Assembly (NCBI GenBank): GCA_052390235.1
Contig: JBQTHB010000005.1
Coordinates: 32,001 to 96,000, forward strand
Length of the DNA stretch: 64,000 bases
Direction: 5' to 3'
Origin: Deltaproteobacteria bacterium
GTDB taxonomy: Bacteria > Desulfobacterota_D > UBA1144 > Nemesobacterales > CSP1-2
Shown in pieces: positions 29,391-40,702 of this stretch. Position numbers and translations under genes: made by a program. Below the pieces are notes generated by a model, which saw only the letters and a program-made list of their open reading frames with translations, was not told the origin of the DNA and did no database searches. How positions within the stretch are numbered: position 1 is the stretch's first letter; each line of letters opens with the position of its first letter.

Positions 29391-30308
29391 TTACCCGCCA
29401 TAAATTTTCATTATCTTATCGAGAAATTCGAGGGCGTGAGAATGTTCTCGCTGAAACGCGTTTCTGCCCATGATGGAGCCGAAGCCGCCTCCGTCCCTTA
29501 CGGCGCGGATTTCATCAAATACGGACTCGTCGTCTTCCTTGAGCGCGCCGCCTGAGAATATCACAATCCTCCTGCCGTCAAAGCAGGATTGCACCACGTG
29601 GCGCACCCTTTCGGTGAGCGTTGCAACCGGCACTTTTGCCGACTCATAGACCTTGCGCGCCGCATCCTGCTCGATGTGAGCCGCCGGGAGTTTCACCTTT
29701 ATAATATGCGCGCCCAGCTGAGCGGCAATGTGAGCGGCATAGGCGGTTACGTCAATCGCGGTCTCCCCGTTTTTAGACAACCCTGAGCCGCGCGGATAGG
29801 ACCAAATTATTACGGCAAGTCCCTTTGCCTTTGCCTCTTCAGCGTAGGCGCGTATCTGCCCGTACATCTCTAGGCGGTGCGACGAGCCGGGGTAAATTGT
29901 AAAGCCAATGCCTACGCATCCGAGTCTTACGGCGTCGCCAACGCTCCCTGTAAGCGCCTGATAGGGGTCGCTTTCGTCAATTAACACGTCGTGGTCGTTG
30001 ACCTTTAGGATGAGCGGAATTTCTCCCGCAAAATCGCGCGCTCCGGCCTCGAGAAATCCGAGCGGGGCGGCGTAGGCGTTGCATCCGGCGTCAATCGCGA
30101 GCTGGAAATGATAGTGCGGATTGTAAGACGGCGGATTCTTGGCGAAACTTCGAGCGGGCCCATGCTCAAAGCCCTGGTCAACCGGCAGAATCACCATCTT
30201 GCCCGTGCCTTTTAACTTCCCGTGGTTCAGCATACGCGCCAAATTAGTCAGCGTGCCGGGGTTATCGCTTCCGTACCAGCTTAAGATTTCTCGCACTCTT
30301 GGAGTCAT
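29391..30308 (-). CDS. fbaB: Class I fructose-bisphosphate aldolase (DhnA/FbaB type)
   Basis: ILPVDQGFEHGP, GFTIYPGS, WSYPRG, AHIIKVKLP, GSIMGRNAFQR. Confidence 0.92.
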   Translation of the reverse strand: MTPRVREILSWYGSDNPGTLTNLARMLNHGKLKGTGKMVILPVDQGFEHGPARSFAKNPPSYNPHYHFQLAIDAGCNAYAAPLGFLEAGARDFAGEIPLILKVNDHDVLIDESDPYQALTGSVGDAVRLGCVGIGFTIYPGSSHRLEMYGQIRAYAEEAKAKGLAVIIWSYPRGSGLSKNGETAIDVTAYAAHIAAQLGAHIIKVKLPAAHIEQDAARKVYESAKVPVATLTERVRHVVQSCFDGRRIVIFSGGALKEDDESVFDEIRAVRDGGGFGSIMGRNAFQREHSHALEFLDKIMKIYGG

Positions 30309-30345
30309 GGCGTCCTCTCTCCTATGGATTTAGTCTTAAAATTTT

Positions 30346-31341
30346 TCATTCCCTCATAAACCTCTCGTAAAGTTCGACCTCTTCGGCGCTTCCTATGATG
30401 AGCGGGACGCGCTGATGAATAGACTCGGCTTTGATGTCGAGTATTCGCTCCGTGCCTGTGGTTGCCCGCCCTCCCGCCTGCTCGGCTAAAAATGCAAGTG
30501 GGGCGCACTCGTAGAGGAGTCTGAGCTTTCCGTCTTTGTGTTTTGTGTCCGGCGGATAGATATAGATTCCGCCCTCGAGGAGACTGCGGTGGAAGTCCGC
30601 GACCAAAGCCCCGGCGTAGCGGAGCGAATAGGGACGGCGGGTTGCGGCGTCGCGCTGGGTGAGATATTCGATGAATTTCTGCACGCCCGGATGCCAGTCA
30701 TGGTAGTTGCCGAGATTGCCGCTGTAGTAATGCCCGTGAGCGGGGCATTGAATGTTCTCGTGAGAGAGTAGAAAATCCCCGATGTCGTGGTCTAGGGTGA
30801 ACCCGTTTACGCCGCTTCCCGCGGTATAAACCAGCGCGGCGCTTGGCCCGTACATGACGTAGCCGGCGGCTACCTGCTCCGAGCCTCTCCTAAGCAAGTC
30901 CTCGGTTGTCTCTTGGTCGCCTGAGGTGATGCGGCGGTAAATTCCAAATATCGTGCCTACCGCGCCGTTTATATCCGTGTTGGAAGAGCCGTCGAGGGGG
31001 TCAACGCACAGAACGTATTTTGCCTCCCGTCCTCCTGAGACGCGCTTGGGCTCGTCTAATTCTTCCGACACAATCGCCGCGACGAGACCCGTTTCAGCGA
31101 ACGCCTCAACAACGGTCTCATTGCCGAAAATATCCAACTTTTTCTGCGAATCTCCGGTTACGTTCTTCTCCCCGCTGAGACCGAGCCTGCCCACTAAAGC
31201 CGCTCTGCGCATCTCCCGCGCGAGAATTTTTCCCGCATAAGCAACTTGATTCAGCAGCACGGCAAGCTCTGCGGCGTCTTCCCGATGACCGTGTTCATAG
31301 CTCAAAATAAACCTTGAAAGTGATACAGCCTTTGCGCTCAA
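30346..31341 (-). CDS. fbp: Fructose-1,6-bisphosphatase class I
   Basis: QKKLD, SEE, DPLDGSSN, RYAGALVAD, KLRLLYECAP. Confidence 0.95.
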   Translation of the reverse strand: MSAKAVSLSRFILSYEHGHREDAAELAVLLNQVAYAGKILAREMRRAALVGRLGLSGEKNVTGDSQKKLDIFGNETVVEAFAETGLVAAIVSEELDEPKRVSGGREAKYVLCVDPLDGSSNTDINGAVGTIFGIYRRITSGDQETTEDLLRRGSEQVAAGYVMYGPSAALVYTAGSGVNGFTLDHDIGDFLLSHENIQCPAHGHYYSGNLGNYHDWHPGVQKFIEYLTQRDAATRRPYSLRYAGALVADFHRSLLEGGIYIYPPDTKHKDGKLRLLYECAPLAFLAEQAGGRATTGTERILDIKAESIHQRVPLIIGSAEEVELYERFMRE

Positions 31342-32336
31342 TCCGCACCTCCCGTTTCAATTTGCATAGCGGCATATCGCGCCGCCCCGATAAGGGCGGT
31401 TTTATCGTTGAGTATCACGCGAACGGGTATCGCCTCCATTAACCGTCCGAGCCGCCCTTTGTCAACAAACGCCCTCATAAACGTCCCATCGGTCATTTTC
31501 CCAATGATTCTGGGAGCGACTCCGCCTCCGACGAAAACACCGCCTGTTGACATAATTTTAAGGGCGAGATTTCCCGCTTCGGCTCCATAAATCGAGACGA
31601 AAAGGGCAAGGGCTTGGGCGGCAATCTCGCAAGTTCCAGCCAAAGCGGATTCCGATACAGCCGCTGCGGGGTTGCCCTCGGCTATTTTCTCGGCAAGCCA
31701 GCCCGGCTCAGAGCCAAACTTACCCGAATCGCGCACGAAGCTATAGACGTTGAAAAGCCCTGGCCCCGACAGCACGCGCTCGTAGCTCACATGAGGGAAA
31801 CGCTTAAGCAAGTAGCGCAAAAGCTCCATCTCCACCTCGTTTCTCGGCGCAAAATCCGAGTGTCCGCCCTCACAGGCGACAGGGCGATGCCTCCTGCCGT
31901 CCCAGTATAGATAAGCCTCGCCCAGTCCCGTTCCGGCGGCGATAACAGCGGCGTTCCCCTCGGCTCCAGCGGCTCCGGGATTGAGAACGGCGAAATCCTC
32001 CGCTCTCAGCGCGGCGATGCCGTAGGCGTTGGCTTCGAGGTCGTTTATCAGCCCAACGGATGGAATTCCCAACTGAGCCGCCAAGTCGGAAGAGTCCACA
32101 ATCCAGGGCAGATTAGTTGCCTCGCACCTGCCGTTCTTGACCGGACCCGCCACGCCGAAGCAGGCTCTGGCAACGGTTTGCCTGTTCGCCACCTGAAATT
32201 TGGCGACAATCTCGCCGAGGCTCTTATGCTCGCCGCTTGGAAATTTAGCTTCAGCCACAGCCCTCAGCGCTCCGCCTTCAAGCTCGAATAAGGCGATATT
32301 AGTTTTAGTTCCGCCGATGTCCGCGGCTAATATCAT
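31338..32336 (-). CDS. glk: Glucokinase
   Basis: MILAADIGGT, TNLPW, LINDLEA, GTGLGE, EGGH, SYERVLSGPGL. True start ATG 32336, right after the zwf stop. Confidence 0.95.
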   Translation of the reverse strand: MILAADIGGTKTNIALFELEGGALRAVAEAKFPSGEHKSLGEIVAKFQVANRQTVARACFGVAGPVKNGRCEATNLPWIVDSSDLAAQLGIPSVGLINDLEANAYGIAALRAEDFAVLNPGAAGAEGNAAVIAAGTGLGEAYLYWDGRRHRPVACEGGHSDFAPRNEVEMELLRYLLKRFPHVSYERVLSGPGLFNVYSFVRDSGKFGSEPGWLAEKIAEGNPAAAVSESALAGTCEIAAQALALFVSIYGAEAGNLALKIMSTGGVFVGGGVAPRIIGKMTDGTFMRAFVDKGRLGRLMEAIPVRVILNDKTALIGAARYAAMQIETGGAD

Positions 32337-32337
32337 T

Positions 32338-33873
32338 TTACAATTGCCTCCATTTGCGCCCGTCCCGCTCAATGAGGGCGTCGGCTTCCTTTGGTCCCCA
32401 GCTACCTGCGGCATAATTCGGGAAATCCCTTGCCGGGAGAGCGCCCCACACATCTAGCATCGGCTGAGCCACTCGCCAGGCCATCTCCACCAAATCCGAG
32501 CGCGAGAAGAGGGTCGAATCGTTTATCATGCAGTTATAGATTAATGTCTCGTAGCCTGTGCCTCGCCCAGTATGAAACGCGTCTTCATACTCAAAGCGCA
32601 TCTTCACGCTCTGAAGGCGCATCGTGGGCCCAGGCACTTTGGTCTCAAACACCATCTCAATCCCCTGCTCCGGCTGGATATGCAGAAGCAGTTGATTCGA
32701 CTCCAGATTTTCCACAGGGGTATCGCGGAACAACACCTTTGGGGCGCACTTGAACTGAATTGCAATCTCCGTGTGGCGTTTTGACAGCGACTTGCCAGAG
32801 CGCAGATAAAACGGCACCCCAGCCCAGCGCCAGTTGTCAATAAAAAGCCTCATTGCGGCAAAGGTCTCCGTGCGCGAGTCCATGGCAACATCCGGCTCAT
32901 TTCTATAGGCGTGAATGGTTCTGCCCTCTATCGTTCCATCCCCGTACTGCCCGCGGACGGCGTTTGAAAGCACGTCTTCGGGGGTCATTGGGTGGATTGC
33001 CTTGAGCACCTCGGCTTTGGCATTTCTAATATCCTCGGCGTGGAACGAGCTTGGGGATTCCATAGCTACATAGGCGAGCATCTGAAACATATGATTCTGT
33101 ATCATGTCCCTCAGCACGCCGGAGCGCTCGTAGTAGTTGCCGCGCCCCTCGACGCCGACCTTCTCGGCAACCGTGAACTGGATGTGGTCAACGTAGTGGC
33201 GATTCCAAAGCGGCTCAAAAATCCCGTTTGCGAACCGGAAGGCGAGGATATTCTGAACCGTCTCTTTGCCGAGGTAGTGGTCAATTCTCCAGATTTGATG
33301 CTCGTCCCAATGCGCCTGAAGGTCTCGGCTGAGCTTTATGGCGCTTTCCAAATCGCGCCCGAAAGGCTTTTCCACAATGAGCCGAGACCAATTGCCGTCC
33401 TCTCTATCCAACCCCGCAACTCCCAAATTTTGGGCTATTACACTGAACACCACAGGCGGCACAGCGAGATAAAACAGGCGGTTACCCCCGGTTTGGTGCT
33501 TTGCATCAACCTCGGCAATCAGCTTGGCAAGTGTTTCATAAGCGGCGGGGTCGTCAAATTTCCCCGGCGTGTAATAGAATCTCTTGACCAGATCATCCCA
33601 AATCTTCTCGTCAAAACCCCGCGTGGAGAACTGGCGTATTCCCTTGGTCATCTCCTCACGGAAGGAGTCGTGGTTGAGGTCTGTGAGCGCGATGCCCACT
33701 AAAGCGAAATTATGAGGCAGAAGCCCGTCGCAGGCGAGGTTATAAATTGCAGGCATCAAAAGCCTTTTGGTCAGGTCCCCCGACGCCCCGAAAATCGTCA
33801 TGAGACAGGAATCCCCGGGGCGCTCGCTCCCCGCGCCGGCTACGGACTCGGATATAATTGTCGGTTCAGCCAT
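32338..33873 (-). CDS. zwf: Glucose-6-phosphate 1-dehydrogenase
   Basis: IFGASGDL, EKPFG, RIDHYLGKE, RDMIQNH, GVPFYLRSGK. Confidence 0.97.
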   Translation of the reverse strand: MAEPTIISESVAGAGSERPGDSCLMTIFGASGDLTKRLLMPAIYNLACDGLLPHNFALVGIALTDLNHDSFREEMTKGIRQFSTRGFDEKIWDDLVKRFYYTPGKFDDPAAYETLAKLIAEVDAKHQTGGNRLFYLAVPPVVFSVIAQNLGVAGLDREDGNWSRLIVEKPFGRDLESAIKLSRDLQAHWDEHQIWRIDHYLGKETVQNILAFRFANGIFEPLWNRHYVDHIQFTVAEKVGVEGRGNYYERSGVLRDMIQNHMFQMLAYVAMESPSSFHAEDIRNAKAEVLKAIHPMTPEDVLSNAVRGQYGDGTIEGRTIHAYRNEPDVAMDSRTETFAAMRLFIDNWRWAGVPFYLRSGKSLSKRHTEIAIQFKCAPKVLFRDTPVENLESNQLLLHIQPEQGIEMVFETKVPGPTMRLQSVKMRFEYEDAFHTGRGTGYETLIYNCMINDSTLFSRSDLVEMAWRVAQPMLDVWGALPARDFPNYAAGSWGPKEADALIERDGRKWRQL

Positions 33874-33928
33874 TTTTGCACCCTTTTTTATGCGGCTTGA
33901 AATAATTTAAGTCAGCAACAATCTGCCA

Positions 33929-34915
33929 CTACCCTCCGGTTGGACGCTCCAAATGCCCTCCGAACTTATGCCGCATGGCTGAGAGCACCTTCTCGGCAAA
34001 CGTGTGGTCTTGGCGAGAGCGGAAACGGGTGTAGAGAGAGGCGGTCAGCACATCCGCCGGCACGGCTTCTTCAATAGCCGCCATAATTGTCCAGCGCCCT
34101 TCGCCGGAGTCCTGCACGAACCCGCTGTAGTTCGAGAGATCCGGGTTTTCGATGAGGGCCATGGCGATGAGGTCGAGAAGCCACGAGCCTACGACGCTCC
34201 CACGGCGCCAAACCTCGGCTATGTCTCGGATGTTGAGGTCGTAGCGATGCTCCTCGGCGACTTCCTTTGAATTGGCGTTGCGGAATATATCTAACCCCTC
34301 GGCGTAAGCCTGCATAAGCCCGTATTCGATTCCGTTATGCACCATTTTGACGAAATGCCCCGCGCCTGCAGGGCCGCAGTGCAGATACCCGTCCTCGGCA
34401 GTGCCGCCGGTTATCCCCTCGCGCCCAGGGGTACGGTCAACATCGCCCCTGCCGGGTGAGAGCGTACTAAATATCGGGTCGAGATGCGCTACGGCTTCAT
34501 TCGAGCCGCCTATCATCATGCAGTACCCCCTCGTAACCCCCCAAATACCCCCGCTCGTGCCTACGTCAACATAGTGAATCCCCTTGGGTTGCAGAATCTT
34601 CGCGCGGCGCACGTCGTCTTTAAACATCGAGTTGCCGCCGTCAATGATGATGTCTCCAGCCTCCATACGCTCGGCGAGAGCCATAACCGTCTGCTCCGTC
34701 GGGCCTCCTGCGGGAACCATAACCCATGCGGCGCGCGGTTTCGTCAATTTAGCCGTAAAATCATCGAGAGAGGTCGCCCCCTTTGCTCCTTCCTTTTCAA
34801 GTTGCTTTACGTTGTCCGGATTCATGTCGAATACCACGCACTCATGTCCGCTGTGGATGAGCCTTCTGACCATATTGCCGCCCATACGTCCTAAGCCTAT
34901 CATTCCAAGTTGCAT
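33929..34915 (-). CDS. gnd: 6-phosphogluconate dehydrogenase, decarboxylating (short-chain type)
   Basis: [45 protein letters not shown]. Confidence 0.95.
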   Translation of the reverse strand: MQLGMIGLGRMGGNMVRRLIHSGHECVVFDMNPDNVKQLEKEGAKGATSLDDFTAKLTKPRAAWVMVPAGGPTEQTVMALAERMEAGDIIIDGGNSMFKDDVRRAKILQPKGIHYVDVGTSGGIWGVTRGYCMMIGGSNEAVAHLDPIFSTLSPGRGDVDRTPGREGITGGTAEDGYLHCGPAGAGHFVKMVHNGIEYGLMQAYAEGLDIFRNANSKEVAEEHRYDLNIRDIAEVWRRGSVVGSWLLDLIAMALIENPDLSNYSGFVQDSGEGRWTIMAAIEEAVPADVLTASLYTRFRSRQDHTFAEKVLSAMRHKFGGHLERPTGG

Positions 34916-34974
34916 TTCTGTATAACCTCCTTTTATTGTCGTCGTTTAAGTAGTTTTTACTCTAAATCCCAAAA

Positions 34975-37830
34975 TTAAAGCGCTTTTTTAACCGCGTCTC
35001 TGAGGGCGGCGAGGCCCGCTTTTACGTCCCGCCCAAGATGCACTCTAAGGGCGCGCCGGTCGCGCTCGACAAGCACCTGAAAATCCCCTCTCGCCTGAGC
35101 CGCTTTTACCGTGCCAAAAGTGTATTTTTGACCCGGAACGGCTAAATCCTCAGCATCGTCGCAGGTAATCTGGAGGAACACCCCTGAATTGGGGCCCCCC
35201 TTATAAGCCTGTCCAGTCGAGTGGAGGAACCTGGGGCCGTAACCGAGGCAGGTCGCCGATCTCTTCGCGTCCCTGACGGCGTGGCGCATATCCTGCAGAA
35301 TCTCCTGATGGGCATGGTTCATCTCGACATAAGCCGAGACGCAGAAATAATCCCCCGCCCCGATTCTGTCCAAATGGGCTTTAATGTAGGCGTCTAGTGT
35401 GTTGTTTCCTCCGGCGGCTTGGGCAAGAGCGGATGCGTTTTTATCGTCTGTGAAGAGTTTCATCTCGCCGTCTTCGAGTACCGGAGATTCCGCCGGAAGC
35501 GAGCCTGTCTTCTCATATTCGGATGTCAGCTTCTTTGTCGCAATCTTACTCGCCTCAACGTCGGGCTGATTAAACGCGTTGATGCCGATAATCGCTCCGG
35601 CGACGGCCGTGGCAATCTGCCAGCGGAACATCTCCTCTCCCAAATCGTAAATCTCGGATATTGAAATCCGCACCACCGGCTGTCCCGCGTTCTCAAGAGC
35701 CGAAATTGCCGCATCCTGCGCCGCGTCCGGGGCTGAATCGAGCCGGAGATACGCAAAAAGGCGGTCATTCCCATAGACCGAAGGCTCGCTGAGCTTTTCC
35801 ATATCCACCGGGATTAAGCCCTTTCCCACCTTGCCAGTTGATTCGGCTAGGAGTTGCTCCAGCCAAGCCCCTAAATCCCAGATTCCGGGCGAGGGGATTA
35901 TCGTTACTTTGTCGCGCCCGTTATTGGCAAGCACTCCCATTATCGTTCCCAATACCACTCCGGGGTTATCGTCGGGAGGAACACACGAGGCGCAGCTATG
36001 AACCATCTCTTCGGCGCGGTCTAGGAATTTCTCCACGTCCACACCCATTATCGCCGACGGCACCATGCCGAAATCCGACAGAGCCGAGTACCTACCCCCT
36101 ATGCTCGACCACCCGAAAAATATCCTGCGGAATCCGTCCCCCTCGGCTACCTGCTGCATTTTCGAGCCGGGGTCGGTGATGGCGATAAACCTATTGCCGG
36201 CCTCTTCCGCCCCCACGACCTGCTTCACCCGCTCAAAGAAATACTGCTTGAAAATATTCGGCTCAAGCGTGCCGCCAGATTTCGATGAGACGATAAATAT
36301 GGTGTTGGCGAGGTCAACCTTGCCCTCAAACGTTTTGACTTGAGCCGGGTCAGTGGAGTCCAGCACCTGAAGCTCAGGGTAGCCGTCAATCTTCCCGAAC
36401 GTCATCTTCATCACTTCGGGGCAGAGGCTTGAGCCGCCCATCCCCAGCAGAAGCGCGTGGGAGAAGCCGGCATTTTTTATCTCTGCCCCTATGCCCTTTA
36501 GGTGTTCGATGTGCGCAAGCTGGTCGTCGGTAATTCCAAGCCACCCAAGCCAGCGATTCTCGTCGTCGTTTGTCCAGAGGGTTTTATCCCCCGCCCACAG
36601 ACGCCGCACTTTGCCGTTCACCCGCCAGTCTTCGAGAGAGGCTTTGACGGCAGTGGCTAGGCTGTCGGGGAGTTTATAGGTGATGCGGTCGAGGTCTGCT
36701 CCGAGAAGGGATTTTCTCTTCTTCTCCACCGCGCTCAGGAGCTTATCAAATGCGTCGGCAAAGAGCTTTACGGCGTCGTCGAGGAGTTTATCCGTAACTT
36801 CCCCCATTGAAATCCCCACCTGCGCCAAGACGTCCATGGCGTCGTAAGCCTCTTCTACATGCTCTTCGAGGCTGGCGCGCGGGCGGCCATGGTCGCGGAA
36901 GGCGTCATAAGTGGCTGAGGGGACGGTGTTTACAGTGTCCGCTCCCATGAGTTCCTCGACATAGATAACATCGCGGTAGTTGGGGTTTTTGGTGCTTGTG
37001 CTTGCCCAAAGAAGCCGCTGAGTCTGCGCCCCCTTGGCGGCAAGGGCTTTCCATCTGTCGGTTGAATAGATTTCCTTGTAGCGCTGATAAGTGAGCTTAG
37101 CGTTAGCTATGGCGATTTTTCCGAGAATGCTCCGCAGAAGCGCCCTCTCGCCAGCGGTTTTTGCCGACTTGAGCCTCGCCGTTATCAAGCCGTCAATTGC
37201 CGAGTCAATTCGGCTTATGAAAAAGCTCGCCACGCTTGCGATGCCGCTTGGGTCTCCTCCCCGCGCCACAAACGCCTCGATGCCTGAGATATAAGCCTCG
37301 GCGACCTGCTCGTAAGCCTCAAGCGAGAACAGAAGCGTAACGTTTACGTTAATCTCCTCGCTGATAAGCTGTTTTATCGCCGGCACCCCCGCCGCAGTCG
37401 CCGGCACTTTTATCATCACGTTGTCGCGCCCCACGGACTGCCAGAGGCGATGCGCCTCATCGAGCGTCCCTTGAGTGTCGTTGGCAAGGTAAGGGGACAC
37501 CTCAAAGCTCACGTAGCCGTCTCTTTTTTTTGTCTTCTCATAGACCTGATACATAACGTCGGCGGCGTCCTGAATATCGCCTATCGCGAGTTGCTCGTAT
37601 AGGGTTTTAGCGTCCACATCGCGCTGACGCTCCAACGCCCTAAGAGCGTTATTATAGTCCGCGCTTCCGGCTATCGCCTTTTCAAATATTGATGGATTCG
37701 AGGTAACTCCCAGCAAGCCGTCTTGCTTGATTAGCTGCTGCAGCTCGCCCGATATAATGAGACCGCGGCGTATGTTGTCATACCAGAGACTCTGCCCGTA
37801 ATTTATCACTTCAAGCAGTGGATTTCCCAT
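34975..37830 (-). CDS. tal-pgi: Bifunctional transaldolase / glucose-6-phosphate isomerase
   Basis: GVTSNPSIF, MIKVPAT, NVTLLFS, RLLWAST (Tal); GMGGSSL, SSKSG, IGGRYS, EQLLAESTGK, QPDVEASK (Pgi). Confidence 0.94.
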   Translation of the reverse strand: MGNPLLEVINYGQSLWYDNIRRGLIISGELQQLIKQDGLLGVTSNPSIFEKAIAGSADYNNALRALERQRDVDAKTLYEQLAIGDIQDAADVMYQVYEKTKKRDGYVSFEVSPYLANDTQGTLDEAHRLWQSVGRDNVMIKVPATAAGVPAIKQLISEEINVNVTLLFSLEAYEQVAEAYISGIEAFVARGGDPSGIASVASFFISRIDSAIDGLITARLKSAKTAGERALLRSILGKIAIANAKLTYQRYKEIYSTDRWKALAAKGAQTQRLLWASTSTKNPNYRDVIYVEELMGADTVNTVPSATYDAFRDHGRPRASLEEHVEEAYDAMDVLAQVGISMGEVTDKLLDDAVKLFADAFDKLLSAVEKKRKSLLGADLDRITYKLPDSLATAVKASLEDWRVNGKVRRLWAGDKTLWTNDDENRWLGWLGITDDQLAHIEHLKGIGAEIKNAGFSHALLLGMGGSSLCPEVMKMTFGKIDGYPELQVLDSTDPAQVKTFEGKVDLANTIFIVSSKSGGTLEPNIFKQYFFERVKQVVGAEEAGNRFIAITDPGSKMQQVAEGDGFRRIFFGWSSIGGRYSALSDFGMVPSAIMGVDVEKFLDRAEEMVHSCASCVPPDDNPGVVLGTIMGVLANNGRDKVTIIPSPGIWDLGAWLEQLLAESTGKVGKGLIPVDMEKLSEPSVYGNDRLFAYLRLDSAPDAAQDAAISALENAGQPVVRISISEIYDLGEEMFRWQIATAVAGAIIGINAFNQPDVEASKIATKKLTSEYEKTGSLPAESPVLEDGEMKLFTDDKNASALAQAAGGNNTLDAYIKAHLDRIGAGDYFCVSAYVEMNHAHQEILQDMRHAVRDAKRSATCLGYGPRFLHSTGQAYKGGPNSGVFLQITCDDAEDLAVPGQKYTFGTVKAAQARGDFQVLVERDRRALRVHLGRDVKAGLAALRDAVKKAL

Positions 37831-37832
37831 AT

Positions 37833-38294
37833 TCACTCACCTCTTAAGTATTTGTTTTCAATCGCTTTAACCTTATTAAGCCGCCTTGCGTGGCGCTCCT
37901 CGCCCGTGAACTCCGCCTCGGCGAAGGAGCGGACAATCTCACGCGCCACCTCCTGCCCTACTATCCTCGCCCCCAAGCAAAGCACATTCATATCGTCGTG
38001 CTCAACCCCCTGATGCGCCGAATAGTGGTCGTGGCAGAGCCCCGCCCTGATGCCGGGGAATTTATTTGCCGCAACCGTAACCCCCACTCCACTCCCGCAG
38101 ATAACGACTGCGCGCTCGGCTTCTCCCCGCCTAATCGCCTCGCAGGCGACTTCGGCAAAGTCGGGGTAGTCGTCGGGCTTGGCGGGGTCGTTCGTGCCGA
38201 GGTCGGACACCGTATGCCCAGCTTTTATTAAATCCTCAATTATGATGCTTTTAAGCGGATACCCCGCATGGTCGCCGGCAACTACTATTCGCAT
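37833..38294 (-). CDS. rpiB: Ribose-5-phosphate isomerase B
   Basis: GDHAG, DYPD, ICGSGVG, ANK, RHARR. Start ATG 38294 (GTG 38306 possible). Confidence 0.95.
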   Translation of the reverse strand: MRIVVAGDHAGYPLKSIIIEDLIKAGHTVSDLGTNDPAKPDDYPDFAEVACEAIRRGEAERAVVICGSGVGVTVAANKFPGIRAGLCHDHYSAHQGVEHDDMNVLCLGARIVGQEVAREIVRSFAEAEFTGEERHARRLNKVKAIENKYLRGE

Positions 38295-38394
38295 TATGTT
38301 TGACACCTTCCAGTGAGAGAGTTTCCCAGCTCGGCAGCGCCATGCCCCCCATAATTCGCCGCCGCCTCAACGAAATGCCCATATCGGCATGAAA

Positions 38395-40419
38395 TCACTT
38401 TCCGAGCAAGGCCCTTGCCTTTTCTACGACGTTTTCAACGGTAAATCCGAATTTCTTAGCCAAAACCTCGTAAGGGGCAGAAGCCCCGAAACCCCACATC
38501 CCGATAAAATTCCTGTCGCTGACCGTGCCGAGGTAGCGGTCCCAGCCGAATGGGCCTGCCGCTTCTATCGCCAGACGGGCGGTTACGCTCGGAGGAAACA
38601 CGGAGTCTCTATATTCCTGCGGCTGAGCCTCGAAAAACTCCCAGCACGGAAAGCTCACGACGCGGGTTTTTATCCCCTCGGCGGCGAGTCTCTGCTGCGC
38701 GCTTATGGCAAATGTAAGCTCCCCCCCGTCCGAAACAAGAATAATATCTGGAGCGCCCTCATGGGAATCCGAGAGGACATAAGCCCCCCTGCCTAGGTTC
38801 TCGGCAGATGCGTATTTAGTTTGGTCAAGCGTGGGGAGTTTCTGGCGGGAGAAGCAAAGCACCGTGGGTCCGTGTTTGCGCTTTATCGCCTCCCTCCAAG
38901 CCCAAGCGGTCTCGTTGCCGTCGGCTGGGCGGATGGTTACAACCTCCGGCATGGAGCGAAGCCACGCTAGATGCTCTACGGGCTGGTGCGTTGGGCCATC
39001 TTCGCCTAAGCCGATGCTGTCGTGGGTATAGACAAAAATGGCGCGCTGTTTCATAAGGGCGGCGAGACGCACTGTGGGAGACATATAGTTGAAAAATTGC
39101 AGGAACGTCGCGCAGTAGGGAATCACCCCTCCGTGAAGCGCCATACCGTTCACTGCCGCTCCCATGGCGTGTTCGCGCACTCCAAAATGGAGGTTATCTC
39201 CGGCGAAGCTGTGGAACTGAACGTCTCCGTGTCCGGTCATATAGGTCTTAGTCGAGGGCGCGAGATCCGCTGAACCTCCGATGAGATAGGACTTCATGTG
39301 CTTTGCGAGGGCGTTTATCACCCTGCCAGAGCAATCGCGAGTGGCCATTGCGCCGTCCTTTTCGGGGACAAACACCGGCACGTCGGCGTCCCAGTCCGAG
39401 GGAAGAGCGCCGCTCATTACGAGTTTATAACGCTCGGCAAGCTCAGGGTAGTCTCTCGAATAAGCCTCGAGCATAGAGTTCCAAGCCTCTTCTGTCTGCC
39501 TGCCGCGCTCGGCGGTCTCGCGGAAATGGGCAAGGGCCTCTTCGGGAGCGTAAAATGGCTGGTCTTCGGGGAAGCCGTAGTGCCGGCGAGTGGCCTTATA
39601 GTGTTCTTCGTTGAAAGGCTCGCCGTGAACCTTGGCGGTGTCCTGTTCGGGGCTTCCGTAGCCAATGTGTGTGCGGCAGATAATTATCGAGGGACTGCCG
39701 GACTCTGCCCTCGCCAAGTTTAAAGCCGCTTCGACGGCGGCGCGGTTATGCCCGTCTGAGACGGTCTGCACGTGCCATCCGTATGCGCGAAATCTGTCGG
39801 ATACGGTCTCGGAAAATGCGGTGTCTTTTGTGCCGCCCTCGATGGAAATACGGTTGTCATCGTAGAGGAAAATCAGTTTCCCCAAGCCCAGATGCCCAGC
39901 TAAACTCGCCGCCTCAGCCGCTACGCCTTCCATGAGGTCTCCGTCGCCGCAGATGCCGTAGGTGTAGTGGTCAACTACGTTGTAGAGGGGTTTATTAAAC
40001 ACGGCGGCAAGGTGAGCCTCGGCAAGGGCAAAGCCCACTGCGTTTGCAAATCCCTGCCCAAGGGGGCCGGTCGTGTTCTCGACTCCGGGAGTTTCCCCAT
40101 ATTCGGGATGTCCCGGGCATTTGCTTCCGAGCTGGCGGAAAGTCTTGAGGTCGTCCATCGAAACGTCGTACCCATAGAGATGGAGCAGGCTATAGAGAAG
40201 GGCGCAGGCGTGTCCGGGGGAGAGAATAAAACGGTCTCGGTTGTCCCATTTCGGATTGGCGGGATTGTGTTTCAGAAACCTATCCCACAGGACATAGGAC
40301 ATATCCGCCGCTCCCATCGGAGTGCCGGGGTGTCCAGATTTGGCTTTTTGAACACAGTCAACTGCAAGCATTCTCACGGTATTGACGCATAGCTGATGAA
40401 GGCTGTCCGAGTCCGGCAT
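38395..40419 (-). CDS. tkt: Transketolase
   Basis: [55 protein letters not shown]. Confidence 0.97.
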   Translation of the reverse strand: MPDSDSLHQLCVNTVRMLAVDCVQKAKSGHPGTPMGAADMSYVLWDRFLKHNPANPKWDNRDRFILSPGHACALLYSLLHLYGYDVSMDDLKTFRQLGSKCPGHPEYGETPGVENTTGPLGQGFANAVGFALAEAHLAAVFNKPLYNVVDHYTYGICGDGDLMEGVAAEAASLAGHLGLGKLIFLYDDNRISIEGGTKDTAFSETVSDRFRAYGWHVQTVSDGHNRAAVEAALNLARAESGSPSIIICRTHIGYGSPEQDTAKVHGEPFNEEHYKATRRHYGFPEDQPFYAPEEALAHFRETAERGRQTEEAWNSMLEAYSRDYPELAERYKLVMSGALPSDWDADVPVFVPEKDGAMATRDCSGRVINALAKHMKSYLIGGSADLAPSTKTYMTGHGDVQFHSFAGDNLHFGVREHAMGAAVNGMALHGGVIPYCATFLQFFNYMSPTVRLAALMKQRAIFVYTHDSIGLGEDGPTHQPVEHLAWLRSMPEVVTIRPADGNETAWAWREAIKRKHGPTVLCFSRQKLPTLDQTKYASAENLGRGAYVLSDSHEGAPDIILVSDGGELTFAISAQQRLAAEGIKTRVVSFPCWEFFEAQPQEYRDSVFPPSVTARLAIEAAGPFGWDRYLGTVSDRNFIGMWGFGASAPYEVLAKKFGFTVENVVEKARALLGK

Positions 40420-40702
40420 TGGGGTATCACCTCGCGAAGATTGGTATTTACGGCTGGCTGGTTTCTAAGCTAACATAAAGTGGAAATTATTGTCAAGTGT
40501 TGAAAAATAAGGGGAATTCACTCTTGCAACGCGCGCGGGATAGGGGGATTTCGATATGGATTTATAAACCCTTAAAACTCCTAGCTATTTTAGTCGCCCG
40601 GGCCGCTATGGGAGTGAATTCGGCGATTTATAAGCAAATTTATCCCCCCCCCGAAGCGCATTTCAGTTGACAACCAGAGCGCTTTGTATAGGATTTTCCC
40701 CC

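Noticed and set aside
28571..29473. 300-aa + strand ORF and the 216-aa alternative-frame ORF at 28588..29238
   Set aside because: Shadows of pgl; no recognisable motifs.
25189..40419. Calvin cycle (cbb) operon
   Set aside because: fbp/fba/tkt/rpe are present but there is no RuBisCO or phosphoribulokinase; zwf, gnd, pgl and glk indicate sugar oxidation.
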